A stretch of DNA of 64,000 bases from a virus. Its lineage: Duplodnaviria; Caudoviricetes. The notes beneath the pieces were generated by a model that did no database searches, was not told the origin of the DNA, and saw only the letters and a list, made by a program, of their open reading frames with translations. Positions 37,332-46,785 of this stretch are shown here, in pieces (position 1 is the first letter of the stretch; each line of letters opens with the position of its first letter). Location: positions 32,001 through 96,000 of the IMG/VR virus record IMGVR_UViG_3300022677_000027; one strand, 5' to 3'. A program made the translations under genes and the position numbers.

Positions 37332-37676
37332 CTAAGGCGTACTGGAGCTAGAGCTGCTAGAAGACGAAGACCACAAACCCTCATGTTGATAGAGGATAAT
37401 GACTGCCTCATAGGATGACAAATCTACATTATACGTAAGCGTTCTTCCACTTACTGTATAATCTGTGTCTTCGATGCAATTCTTAATATTTCCTCCAGAC
37501 GTATCTATGGCAATCACAGCAACAACGCCTGTATTGCCATCCAAGGGCCTCCGCTTAAGATTAACATAGCTCGCCACATTTGCACCAGGATGAACTTCCA
37601 TCTCAAAGAGATTAGACAGTGGCATCCTCTGCAAATCCCTCAACAATGGATAATTTATTAGGTTAACATCAGTCAC
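37332..37676 (-). CDS. Small beta protein ending in poly-Ser
   Basis: AAGGAGG SD, GTG start. Contains EDTDYTVSGRTLTY and ends in S10-TP. Confidence 0.7.
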   Translation of the reverse strand: MTDVNLINYPLLRDLQRMPLSNLFEMEVHPGANVASYVNLKRRPLDGNTGVVAVIAIDTSGGNIKNCIEDTDYTVSGRTLTYNVDLSSYEAVIILYQHEGLWSSSSSSSSSSTP

Positions 37677-37835
37677 ATCAAGTCCTCCTTTCCTATGTAT
37701 TGGTAGATTAAGCTAAGGTATTACACAAACTATGTTCTAAATACATTTTTTCTTGAAACTACACAACTCCAAACATTCATAGCAGTAATTATTTCAGACA
37801 GAAAAAACCTAGAGAAGCCTGCATGATAAAGTTTT

Positions 37836-39509
37836 TTAGACCACCATGCAATTTCCAGACACAACCACTGGTTCCCTCTTTACAGAAGACGCTTTCTTTT
37901 TAGTCTTTTTGGTGAGTGGTTTTTTCTTAGTTTTATTACTTTTTATCTGAATAACCTTTTCACCATCATTCAAATTCTCTGGCAAGTCATTTCCTCTACT
38001 AGGAGGATTATTTCTCTCTCCACCATTACCTCCTGAATAATCCATAGGCAGAGACAAATATTCTTCATCAAAATTAGCTGTAGGTATTTTCAATATATCC
38101 GCCATTTCCTTCAAACTGGGCAACACATTAGGAACTTTGCCAGCCCTAGCAAGTGTTGTTAGATTTCTCATAAGTTCCACATATACTTCTTTCAGGAGTC
38201 GCTTTCTATCGTGTTGCACCTCCTCTATATGCACAGCGCAGGAAACACGCGATTTTGGCTTAAAATTAAACTGAACCAAAGACGGAATTATTTGCTCATT
38301 TATAGCCGCTTCTATGGATTGCACCAATCCAGCTTGTTCTAACAAGAAAGCTTCTGCATGCGTAGCAGCCATGCTATAGCTGCCTGTGGAAATATCCTGC
38401 GTCACTGTTCTTTCAGGAACGAGCAAACCACGTAAAATCTGCACCTCTAAATGATTAATACACTCTACAAACATAGGACCACGACGATCATCCTGCAGGT
38501 ATTCAACCTTCCACATTGTATCGCGACCATCTTTGGTTTCCTCATAAGGAACGGTAACTACGCTGTTCTCCACTAAGCTTTGCCCTATGCGCAGAGCAAC
38601 TTCGGCATTATCGACCTCGTTTCCATCTGCATCCCGATTCACTCCTGGTGGAAAAGTAACTTGAGTAGGAGGTGTTCCTCGTCGCTCAAAATAACGCAAC
38701 ATAAATTGATACATTACTTCCTTCCAATACCATGGCTTATATGCTTGCTTCAATCTACTGCCACCATAATAATTACCAAAATCATCCTCCAGTGCAAAGA
38801 AAAAACACTTATTTTTATTTAAGATTTGTGGCGGCTCACCTCCCCCCACGTCCTGGACAATACCAATAAAGTCGCCGGTATCCTTATCTACTCTAATCCT
38901 AACAGTGTCTGGATAATGAGCTTTGATCTTTTTGTAAACCTCCCCCAATCCACTAAAATGTGTTTTCCTGCGACCAGTGCCCGAGGTGCTATAGATTTCA
39001 AGAGGGTATCGCCACCACACCTTTTCATGGCTAGCAAAACCATATTCTATGGCCGTCAACATAGATTTTATCATTTTATTCCACACCATACCTAGGGCTT
39101 CATCCACAAACATCGCTATATCACTATCTTCACACTCAATACTCCTCGAAAGAGAAAGCAATGGAAGCTTTATTACAGCCAGCCCAAGCGCCACTTGTGA
39201 ATCAGTTTTCATCTTACTATAAGTACTCACAGGTATTTCATCAGGATTATAGACTCCTATCGTCTCCATGCCAAATTGCCCCATAAAAGTAGGATGACCA
39301 GTTTTAGTGAGCTCTTTGAACATGCCCTTTCTGTTTGCCCTCATATTGTGCTCGGCATTAGCCAAATGAACTCGCATCTTGTCGCGCTCATTTTTGTCAA
39401 TACCAGAGCGACGCATCATGCTTATGAGTTTACGACCATCATCTCTAAACCGGCCAACATCGGAATCGGGATAAGAAAAATCAGGATTCCTAAGCATTAC
39501 TTGTCTCAT
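37836..39509 (-). CDS. Portal protein (Mu gp29/DUF935-like)
   Basis: MLTAIEYGFASHEKVW, NYYGGSRLKQAYKPW, YFERRGTP, GSYSMAATH and INEQIIPSLVQFNF. Confidence 0.9.
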   Translation of the reverse strand: MRQVMLRNPDFSYPDSDVGRFRDDGRKLISMMRRSGIDKNERDKMRVHLANAEHNMRANRKGMFKELTKTGHPTFMGQFGMETIGVYNPDEIPVSTYSKMKTDSQVALGLAVIKLPLLSLSRSIECEDSDIAMFVDEALGMVWNKMIKSMLTAIEYGFASHEKVWWRYPLEIYSTSGTGRRKTHFSGLGEVYKKIKAHYPDTVRIRVDKDTGDFIGIVQDVGGGEPPQILNKNKCFFFALEDDFGNYYGGSRLKQAYKPWYWKEVMYQFMLRYFERRGTPPTQVTFPPGVNRDADGNEVDNAEVALRIGQSLVENSVVTVPYEETKDGRDTMWKVEYLQDDRRGPMFVECINHLEVQILRGLLVPERTVTQDISTGSYSMAATHAEAFLLEQAGLVQSIEAAINEQIIPSLVQFNFKPKSRVSCAVHIEEVQHDRKRLLKEVYVELMRNLTTLARAGKVPNVLPSLKEMADILKIPTANFDEEYLSLPMDYSGGNGGERNNPPSRGNDLPENLNDGEKVIQIKSNKTKKKPLTKKTKKKASSVKREPVVVSGNCMVV

Positions 39510-41359
39510 TATCTACCTCCAGCACTTACAAGCAAACCTTCATGAAATGGTGGTTTTTCTATACCCGATGGTAAAACAAATTCATCACTCTTTTTGGTGA
39601 ATTTGCGTTTAGAACTCATTGGTATTACTTTTGTAGTTTTAGGAACAGCAGATGTTTGGATTCTAAAATGTGTCTTCAGTATCTTTATAGGCGTACCACC
39701 GCTAGAGGCCAAAGCCAATGCCCAAAATTTATCTCCATGATCACTTCCAATTTCTTCTGCAACAAACTTCACTTGATTGGCAGCGGAAATTTCGCGCTTT
39801 ATTGAATGTATTTGCTTAAGTAATGTTTTTTCAAATGGGAAACCAATCAGTTGTTCTTCAAGTCTAATCTTGAACTCTATAGCCATGTCTTGTTTATTAG
39901 CCATATTAAAATCAACACACTCAATGCGACTCCGATAGCGTTTCTTCATGTACTCACCTAACTGATTCCCTATGCCAGTAGTGTCTATGCGCAGCTTTCT
40001 TATTGGCAACACATTCATGGTTTTTTCTAATAAAGCCTGCTGGCTCTCGAAATCCATTCCCCTATGGCCCGAAGAAAGTCGAACCATCTGGAAATCATTA
40101 TAATCTCTAATTTCCTCCAGAATAATAAGTTCACTGGCATTTTCGTATCTGCCAACATCATAACCAGCAAGCAATACCCTACCCACATGGCCTCTTTTGA
40201 TTGCCGTAGCAAGAGCCTCTATTGAGTCGTAAGATTTATATTTTAAACCAGGATAAACAGGGCTAGTTATAACAGGTGTTTCTCCATAAATATCTTCTTT
40301 ATCTACTTCTGATTGTCCAGACAGATACTCAAACGTGCAAGTCTGAATTAGGTCCATAGGATAATAAGATTCTCTCTCATCATATGGCCTAAGCTCATAT
40401 TCCTGCCAAAACTCTTCTATGAGGGAACTAGCAAACGCCGACACAATGGCTTCGTTACCAAACTCCCAAACCCTATCCTCAGTATGCATTTTAGGTGCCA
40501 GCTTTTGTACTTTCTCATAGTTCTCCTGAGCTTTTATATTCAGAAAAGCTTCGCACGCCCACCATGGGACGGTCTGCCTAGAATACATGGGATAATTCTT
40601 ACGGTCCTCACCGATTTGCCAATGCAAACCAGTTCTACCAAGTGGAGAACTTCCAATCGTTAACTGGCCGAACCCGCGAGTGATAACAGGAACAGCAGCC
40701 ACATATATCTTATTAGCCCAGACATAATGAGCAAACTCATCAAGTACAACATCTACGTTGCCGCCCTTACCACGAACAGCTCTTTGTGGATGAGATATTA
40801 GTCTAGTTCTATTTCTACGACCACCTGTGCGCTTCTCAAATTCGAGTGCAGTAACTCTATCAATCGTCATTTTCCTCTGGTACTTAAGAGGAATGCTTTC
40901 ATACATTGCTCTGGAATAGTTTATTTTTTCGTTGGCCTCTTCTTGGTTTAGGGAAACAAAAATACATGTAAAGTAATTCATCAGATGAGTCTTGGCTAAG
41001 CCTTCAGCGCTCAGCCCATAACTAAATCCGACCTGCCTACTTTTGTTTAACCAACGATACTTGCTATGGTTATTCATGTGGACTTTTTGGTAAGGATATA
41101 GCTTGGTAGGCCCAAAACCAGTTGTAGAGGCAGTCTCTGTGAGGTTCTCAATCCAACCGGCTTCTCTAGATATTTCCTCTAAAAAATCATCCTTACAATC
41201 CTTAAGCGATTTTCTAAACCCTTCAGGATCGTCAGAAGGGTCTTTGTAAGAAACGATAAGCGGCCCTGTAACCGGATATCGTTTTGTCTTCTTTCTGCCA
41301 ACAATAGCCGGTTCTCTAACAATCGCAGGGTAGCGATTTATTTTCTTATCCTTAGGCAT
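39509..41359 (-). CDS. Terminase large subunit (Mu gp28-like)
   Basis: Walker A NKSRQVGFS, Walker B VVLDEFA, SSPLG, and nuclease motifs GYDVG, IDTTGIG and HGDKFWALALA. Confidence 0.95.
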   Translation of the reverse strand: MPKDKKINRYPAIVREPAIVGRKKTKRYPVTGPLIVSYKDPSDDPEGFRKSLKDCKDDFLEEISREAGWIENLTETASTTGFGPTKLYPYQKVHMNNHSKYRWLNKSRQVGFSYGLSAEGLAKTHLMNYFTCIFVSLNQEEANEKINYSRAMYESIPLKYQRKMTIDRVTALEFEKRTGGRRNRTRLISHPQRAVRGKGGNVDVVLDEFAHYVWANKIYVAAVPVITRGFGQLTIGSSPLGRTGLHWQIGEDRKNYPMYSRQTVPWWACEAFLNIKAQENYEKVQKLAPKMHTEDRVWEFGNEAIVSAFASSLIEEFWQEYELRPYDERESYYPMDLIQTCTFEYLSGQSEVDKEDIYGETPVITSPVYPGLKYKSYDSIEALATAIKRGHVGRVLLAGYDVGRYENASELIILEEIRDYNDFQMVRLSSGHRGMDFESQQALLEKTMNVLPIRKLRIDTTGIGNQLGEYMKKRYRSRIECVDFNMANKQDMAIEFKIRLEEQLIGFPFEKTLLKQIHSIKREISAANQVKFVAEEIGSDHGDKFWALALASSGGTPIKILKTHFRIQTSAVPKTTKVIPMSSKRKFTKKSDEFVLPSGIEKPPFHEGLLVSAGGR

Positions 41360-41362
41360 TAG

Positions 41363-41914
41363 CTACTTTGAAGCAGATTTCTTCTTTCTTTTAGCACTGC
41401 CAATTTCGCGAACCTTGCTTTCCGACTCTTCCTGTTCTCGTTGTCTACGTTTCAAATATCGCTCTTCTACACTATCTAACTCTTCTTCCTCTTCACCAAG
41501 TGCATCGGGATCGCGACCGGTATATTCGGCCAACATCTCCAATAATTTCCTACTTTTTGTAAACTGCACATTATCGGTTCTAACCTCGTTATGCAGTTTT
41601 ATTGCCATGTTAATAAGTTCCTTCAATGAGTAGTCTTCGTCAAGGTCCTTAAATTCTTTATCTATGCTTGAATAGAGCTTATCAAGCCAATTTCTTATCT
41701 TCCCAAGCCTCTGTCCTCTGAGCTCTGACATATTATCCTCAAATTTCTTGAGGACAGCCAATTTAAACTTAGGATTTCCAATCCATTTTTTTACCGTAGA
41801 CGTCTTTACACCACATTCCTTGGCAATCTTCTCAGGCTTTATTTTCCTGCCCAAAGCCAACAATTCAGCAGCTTTCCATTGCTCCAAGCTTAGCCCTTGT
41901 TTGTCAATTGGCAT
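41363..41914 (-). CDS. Terminase small subunit (HTH)
   Basis: QWKAAELLALG...IAKECGVKTSTVKKW HTH, directly upstream of the large subunit. Confidence 0.8.
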   Translation of the reverse strand: MPIDKQGLSLEQWKAAELLALGRKIKPEKIAKECGVKTSTVKKWIGNPKFKLAVLKKFEDNMSELRGQRLGKIRNWLDKLYSSIDKEFKDLDEDYSLKELINMAIKLHNEVRTDNVQFTKSRKLLEMLAEYTGRDPDALGEEEEELDSVEERYLKRRQREQEESESKVREIGSAKRKKKSASK

Positions 41915-42131
41915 CTCATCCTCCTAATCCATGTTGTTTTAGCTTCTTTTACCACAACGAATGAAATAACACAAACTCATAAATAGGAATGATGCTCTAT
42001 CTCCCAAAGAAAAAATATATAAAACATATAGCATAAAAATAAAAAATGTTAGACTTTCTCTTAGAAAAAACCTGCAAAGCTATTACGTTTTTTATTTCCG
42101 CGCCTTACTTGTATATAAAAGGGCAAACACA
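41915..42131. promoter_or_regulatory. AT-rich divergent intergenic region (late operon leftward, exonuclease/lysin operon rightward)
   Basis: Coding strand switches here; A-tracts; no credible ORF. Confidence 0.55.
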
Positions 42132-43049
42132 ATGCATATTTTGATCATAGACGGACAATTTCTGATATACAAAAGCATGTTCAGCCACCAGAAATTAACA
42201 GCAAATTTTGGCGATATTGCCATAATTTCAGGTATCCCGTTTGGCTTCTTGAAGGCGGTAATTGACATGAAAATAGAATTCATGCCGGATTTTATATTTG
42301 TCACATTCGAAGGCCATCCACTTCTCAAGAAAGCCATTTATCCTGAATACAAGGCAAAAGGACGAAAATTAGAAATTGACATATCTACAGAAAGTAATTT
42401 GGTCAAGTCCATATTGAGATCTATGAACATCCCAGCACTATTTAGCTCAGGCTACGAAGGCGAAGAAGTATCAAAGTATATATATAGCAATGGCGTTAAG
42501 AAAGATGATTTTGCACGGTTCTATACTAATGACGAAGACGCATTTGCTCTGATACGAAGAAACTTTATACTAATAAACAATATTGACGGCCAATACTACG
42601 AAATAGGCAAAGAAGAATTATTCAGAGAACACGGTATTACACCAAAACAAGCAAGAGAAATAAAAATACTAGCTGGTTGTAGCTCCGACAATGTCCCTGG
42701 GTTTGAGGGAATAGGTAAGGGATTTGCAAAATACCTAGTGAAGAAGTATGGGTCAGCAAAAAAGGTTGTCCAAAACATAGAAGAAAAAGAAAAGAGATAT
42801 GTACGTCTGAACGAAATAGTTGCCAACAATTCCACCAAGCTGAACCTCATGACACAATTAACAAGAATAGAAACGCCTGGAACTGTTAACTTGTCTAAAG
42901 GCTCAATAGAGATGGATCATATTGAAACCTTAAGAGCCCTAGAGTGCAGAACACTGCTAAAAGGAGCAAACAGAAGAATATTAAATCTAATAGTAAAAGA
43001 CCAAAACAAGTGGTACAGAAAAATGACAAAGAGGATGGGTTTGATATGA
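42132..43049 (+). CDS. 5'-3' exonuclease/flap endonuclease (Pol I N-terminal/T4 RNase H family)
   Basis: LIIDG, YPEYKA, GYEGEE, NDED and the H3TH motif LAGCSSDNVPGFEGIG...LVKKYGS. Confidence 0.85.
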   Translation: MHILIIDGQFLIYKSMFSHQKLTANFGDIAIISGIPFGFLKAVIDMKIEFMPDFIFVTFEGHPLLKKAIYPEYKAKGRKLEIDISTESNLVKSILRSMNIPALFSSGYEGEEVSKYIYSNGVKKDDFARFYTNDEDAFALIRRNFILINNIDGQYYEIGKEELFREHGITPKQAREIKILAGCSSDNVPGFEGIGKGFAKYLVKKYGSAKKVVQNIEEKEKRYVRLNEIVANNSTKLNLMTQLTRIETPGTVNLSKGSIEMDHIETLRALECRTLLKGANRRILNLIVKDQNKWYRKMTKRMGLI

Positions 43050-43786
43050 TGAAAACAAAAGAAATCCAAGAATGGTTATGCCTACACGGAATTCCAACAA
43101 GAATTGATGACATATATGGCCCAAAAACAAAAAGAGCTTTAGACATGTTCGCCGAAACCAGATATGAACTCTTCTATGCTACTGGAGCATCGATAATCCT
43201 TATGTTAGATGAACCACTTAGAAAAGTCACAGAAATACCAGATACCTTATACCAACGATCCGTCAATACTATTAGCGTCTTGGTTAGGAACATAGCGGCT
43301 CTCCATCTAAAAGCCAAACCAAGAGAAGTTGGCGGTCAAAACATGGGGCCATGGGTACGATATTACACAAGAGGCCAAGAAGGTAAACCATGGAAGTGGT
43401 GTTCTGGTTTCGTATGCACAATTCTAGACCAAGCCTACTACATACGCAACAGAAAAGCCACAAAAAACTTCAAAACTTCTCCTTTTATATTCACGCTCAG
43501 TTGCGACAACTTAGCGAGGCAAGCAGTAACCAATAACCTATTAACCAATCCCTTAATAAGCCCGAACAGACAGCATAAAGTCAAAAAAGGACAAATATTT
43601 TTAATACCAGGCAATGCAGAGGGGGACTGGATACACACTGGCATAGTGAACAAAGTATACAAAACCTGCTTTGAAACCATAGAAGGCAATGCAACCGATA
43701 TGATAAATGATGAAGCAGACAGAGTATGTAAGCGCATCAGAAATATTACAGATTGCCATTTTATTAGATACCCAAGAGGACACTAG
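43046..43786 (+). CDS. Endolysin: peptidoglycan-binding domain plus CHAP amidase
   Basis: IQEWL...IDDIYGPKTKRAL, then WCSGFV, HTGIV and TIEGN. ATGA overlap at 43046. Confidence 0.85.
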   Translation: MMKTKEIQEWLCLHGIPTRIDDIYGPKTKRALDMFAETRYELFYATGASIILMLDEPLRKVTEIPDTLYQRSVNTISVLVRNIAALHLKAKPREVGGQNMGPWVRYYTRGQEGKPWKWCSGFVCTILDQAYYIRNRKATKNFKTSPFIFTLSCDNLARQAVTNNLLTNPLISPNRQHKVKKGQIFLIPGNAEGDWIHTGIVNKVYKTCFETIEGNATDMINDEADRVCKRIRNITDCHFIRYPRGH

Positions 43787-44160
43787 TGATAGTAGAAAAT
43801 AAAATAAAACTTATGCAAAGAAAAAACTCTAAAGATTGCATGGCAGCGGTGGCAGCAATGATCACTGGAGACCCACTCAGCCAGGACAAATTCAAAGAAT
43901 TCGCGTTCAATTTATTTGGAAATGACGGACAAGAAGGATATAGGGTATCAGAACTAGAAGCTTTCTTAGAGACGGCAGGATATAAACTGTATGACAATTT
44001 ATTATGCCATTCAGCAATACTTATTGCCAAGCTGAATGATGAAACCCAACACGCAATATTCTGGACTGGGGAGGAGATTTGGGATCCAGATAGAGAAGAA
44101 CCGGCATCACTTACAGATTATGATACCATACTTTACTGGTTGCCCATTATGTCCTTATAG
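43786..44160 (+). CDS. C39-like papain-fold peptidase
   Basis: QxxxxDCMAAVAAM, HAIFW and IWDP give a Cys-His-Asp triad. Confidence 0.7.
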   Translation: MIVENKIKLMQRKNSKDCMAAVAAMITGDPLSQDKFKEFAFNLFGNDGQEGYRVSELEAFLETAGYKLYDNLLCHSAILIAKLNDETQHAIFWTGEEIWDPDREEPASLTDYDTILYWLPIMSL

Positions 44161-44186
44161 TGTTAACCTGAAGGCGGAGGTAAGGC

Positions 44187-44462
44187 GTGAAAACAGTTGA
44201 TAAGCTAATTAACTATATCATAAAAGAAATAGAGCGTGGAACAGAACATTATGACTCAAATGGCAATTTATTATCCACACCTAGCGAAATACTGCACACC
44301 ATTGTCGATGAGGGTGGTGTGTATTTCAGAACCCCCTCCTTGGGGCTATCTCATAGCTTAGGAGGTGGAACAATTGAAACAGCCACACGAAAAAGTTCTA
44401 GATACCATCTGCATGGTGTTCCAAGCATTTGGTTACGAAGAAGGGAACCACTACCAGATTGA
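44187..44462 (+). CDS. Hypothetical protein
   Basis: GGAGGT SD, GTG start. The 3' end overlaps the next ORF. Confidence 0.55.
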   Translation: MKTVDKLINYIIKEIERGTEHYDSNGNLLSTPSEILHTIVDEGGVYFRTPSLGLSHSLGGGTIETATRKSSRYHLHGVPSIWLRRREPLPD

Positions 44463-44598
44463 CAAAAATCGTGGCGTGATCTATTTTAATGATCCAACAA
44501 TAAGCGAAGAAGAAAGAGTAAGGCTGAGTTTTGCTTTGGATAATGCAGTAAAAGAAACCGAAAGAAAACTATCTTCTAAGAAATATTTCATGCAGTAA
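44374..44598 (+). CDS. Hypothetical protein
   Basis: AGGAGGT SD before TTG 44374 (ORF 44365..44598). Confidence 0.6.
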   Translation: MKQPHEKVLDTICMVFQAFGYEEGNHYQIDKNRGVIYFNDPTISEEERVRLSFALDNAVKETERKLSSKKYFMQ

Positions 44599-44610
44599 GA
44601 AAAAAAAACC

Positions 44611-45084
44611 ATGGCTTCTAACTGTAACAGATGCGGCAAACCAATAATGGGAAGCCGCAATAAATACTTTTGCCCAGAATGTATGGAGTGGCGCAGAAAC
44701 AAAGGCATATATTCGTACAAAAGAGAATGTCCTGTATGCGGCAACACATTCTACACCAACTACCGAGTACAAGACACATGCGGAGATCCATCATGCAAGT
44801 GTAAATACAGAAAATCTGTACAACTCGCAAGAATATACCAAACAGCAGAACAGAACAAAAAAGAAAAAAGGGAAAGAGAAAGAAAGCGTGGCGTACCTGG
44901 TGACCACATAGCTCCGAATGGCGGCATAGCAAATAAAGAAATAAGAAGTGCAAGAAAATGTCAATTCAAAATCAATACAGAAGGTAAGATTTGCGGAAAA
45001 CCCGTTGCACCCGGTAATAAATTTTTGTGCAGACAACATTTTGAGATGGCTGGCAATTATGATTCCATGTCAGAAGTGGCTTAG
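44611..45084 (+). CDS. Multi-Zn-finger protein
   Basis: CNRC...CPEC, CPVC...CGDPSC and C...C...CRQH. Confidence 0.75.
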   Translation: MASNCNRCGKPIMGSRNKYFCPECMEWRRNKGIYSYKRECPVCGNTFYTNYRVQDTCGDPSCKCKYRKSVQLARIYQTAEQNKKEKRERERKRGVPGDHIAPNGGIANKEIRSARKCQFKINTEGKICGKPVAPGNKFLCRQHFEMAGNYDSMSEVA

Positions 45085-45175
45085 CCAGGAGACTGCCTGC
45101 TCCTGGCCCATTGGGGAGCGAAAGGGTGTTCCTCTCCTTGCACCCGACCCCCCGTTCCTCAGCCACAACGCGGGA

Positions 45176-45679
45176 GTGGCTTCCCCTGGCCTTCCACTCC
45201 CGCGTTCTTTTTTCCTGGCGGCATGTGTCCTCCTTATCGTAGCCTGCGCCAGGCCAAAACCAGAGCCTCCCGGACCATACGGGTGGACTCCGCAGCCACC
45301 ACCAGCCCGTCGTGTACCGGGAGCTCTGGTTAAAAAACCTACCATGGCATTTACGTGTAGCCCACCAGACCGTCCAGTACAATGGTATGTGTTGGAGCTA
45401 TTTAGAGAACAATCTGGATTTGCCATAGAATACATAACCGACATAAAGCCGGACTATAGTATAGATTGTAAAATACAAAACCAAGAACCAGGGTGCTATA
45501 AAGCAAGAGCAAAACCATGTGAATATTCCTACCATGGAGAAGAGCAATGTGCTCCGTGGTGTGATTATATATATTTTTCATGGCCTTTGCCAAAAAAGAA
45601 AAGATACATAGTGCCATGTATACTCTATCCATTACTATTGATGAAAAAAGGAGAAAAACAACATGAACAACACAAATAA
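45176..45679 (+). CDS. Putative lipoprotein with a Pro-rich linker, an FN3-like domain and a hydrophobic C-terminal tail (start uncertain)
   Basis: Lipobox-like LLIVAC and C-terminal YIVPCILYPLLL. The ORF track start 44948 overlaps the upstream gene. Confidence 0.5.
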   Translation: MASPGLPLPRSFFLAACVLLIVACARPKPEPPGPYGWTPQPPPARRVPGALVKKPTMAFTCSPPDRPVQWYVLELFREQSGFAIEYITDIKPDYSIDCKIQNQEPGCYKARAKPCEYSYHGEEQCAPWCDYIYFSWPLPKKKRYIVPCILYPLLLMKKGEKQHEQHK

Positions 45680-46010
45680 AACAACACTACTAACCCTCAG
45701 TTTCCTGTTGGTCCTAAGTAATTTTGCACTAGCTGACACCGTTACTTTGCAGTGGAATGATAACACAGAACCAGATCTTGCTGGTTACAGGCTATTTTTT
45801 GCGCCACTCGGCGGAGATTACGATAGAAACAACCCTATATATGACGGTATAGAATCAGAAGCAGTTGTGGTTGTGCCAGGTGATGGATCTTTCGTGGTCG
45901 TTGCATATGATCAAGCCAATAATGTAAGTAACGACTCAAACGAAGTAATACACGACCTAGCACCAGATGTAATTGATAATCTTGAAATCACAAACCAGAC
46001 AAAAAATTAG
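45663..46010 (+). CDS. Secreted fibronectin type III domain protein
   Basis: Signal peptide ending ALA, then VTLQWNDNTEPDLAGYRLF...FVVVAYD...SNEV. Confidence 0.8.
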   Translation: MNNTNKTTLLTLSFLLVLSNFALADTVTLQWNDNTEPDLAGYRLFFAPLGGDYDRNNPIYDGIESEAVVVVPGDGSFVVVAYDQANNVSNDSNEVIHDLAPDVIDNLEITNQTKN

Positions 46011-46184
46011 CCCGTTATATTTAATTGTCCTGATTGTAAAATATCCATAGATAGAGATTTGAATGCATCTATAAATATCAGAAATATAGGATTGAATACC
46101 GTAGGGCATACGGAAATAAACGCTTGTGGAGATGGTTCGTTGGAACTGTCGTTGAAGCAAGAAAAAGAATGCTTAGTAAACTAA
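46011..46184 (+). pseudogene. tnpB: tnpB 3' remnant (Zn ribbon plus RuvC-III)
   Basis: Translates as PVIFNCPDCKISIDRDLNASINIRNIGLNTVGHTEINACGDGSLELSLKQEKECLVN*. No start codon. Confidence 0.9.
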
Positions 46185-46219
46185 GCAGAAGCCACGGGGC
46201 TTGCCCCGTGGAGTGTCAC
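46011..46219 (+). mobile_element. IS200/IS605-family right-end remnant including the omega/reRNA scaffold
   Basis: tnpB tail, subterminal hairpin CCACGGGG-CTTG-CCCCGTGG and terminal TCAC (46216-46219). Confidence 0.85.
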
Positions 46220-46272
46220 AACAAGTTAACTCAGGCGATTCGTTTCACTCACGCCTGATCAACACGTTAGCT
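46216..46272 (+). mobile_element. attC-like site 1 (R'' interrupted by the IS right end)
   Basis: AAC AA GTTAA[C]TCAGGCG...CGCCTGATCAAC AC GTTAGCT, an imperfect palindrome with an extrahelical base. Confidence 0.75.
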
Positions 46273-46289
46273 TCTTGGGTATGGTGGGT

Positions 46290-46580
46290 ATGAGAAAAAA
46301 GATTATTGAAGGTATTCACTTAGTAGTTGAACCAGCAACATATTGGGGAGAGACCACGGACTCTATTTTTAAGACCTGTGAACGAATCAAGAGAGACATA
46401 AATCGTCATGTTGATAATGTGGATTGCGTCTCTGTTCAATACGAAAGTCGCTATGTCTGCTCTTTTTGTGGTCAAAACTGGGAAGAGTGCGAAGACCCAA
46501 ATAATCCTGATTGGATAGTTGGTCAGCCTTTGTGTTGTGATAAGGCGATTGAGGAGTGGGACAAAAAAAAGGGAGAATGA
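46290..46580 (+). CDS. Cassette gene: hypothetical protein with CSFC...CC
   Basis: ORF 46275..46580, directly after attC 1. Start approximate. Confidence 0.7.
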   Translation: MRKKIIEGIHLVVEPATYWGETTDSIFKTCERIKRDINRHVDNVDCVSVQYESRYVCSFCGQNWEECEDPNNPDWIVGQPLCCDKAIEEWDKKKGE

Positions 46581-46785
46581 AAATAAAAGCCGCTTGTCCG
46601 CTTAATTCGTCGCTATCTTGGGAAAGGAGCAGAGTGCCGCTGATTTCCGCGTTTGAGCAACTTGCGGGGGGAAAGACGCAGGCGGCGAAGCCCTGAAAAA
46701 ACATGTGGCAGGGATGTCACAAGGAATGATGGGACAAAGCAAGCATTCTCCCCCGCAACTGCTCATCAACCTGTTATAATTTGAG

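Noticed and set aside
317-41633. Numerous short plus-strand ORFs opposite the structural operon
   Set aside because: They are antisense shadows of well-supported minus-strand genes.
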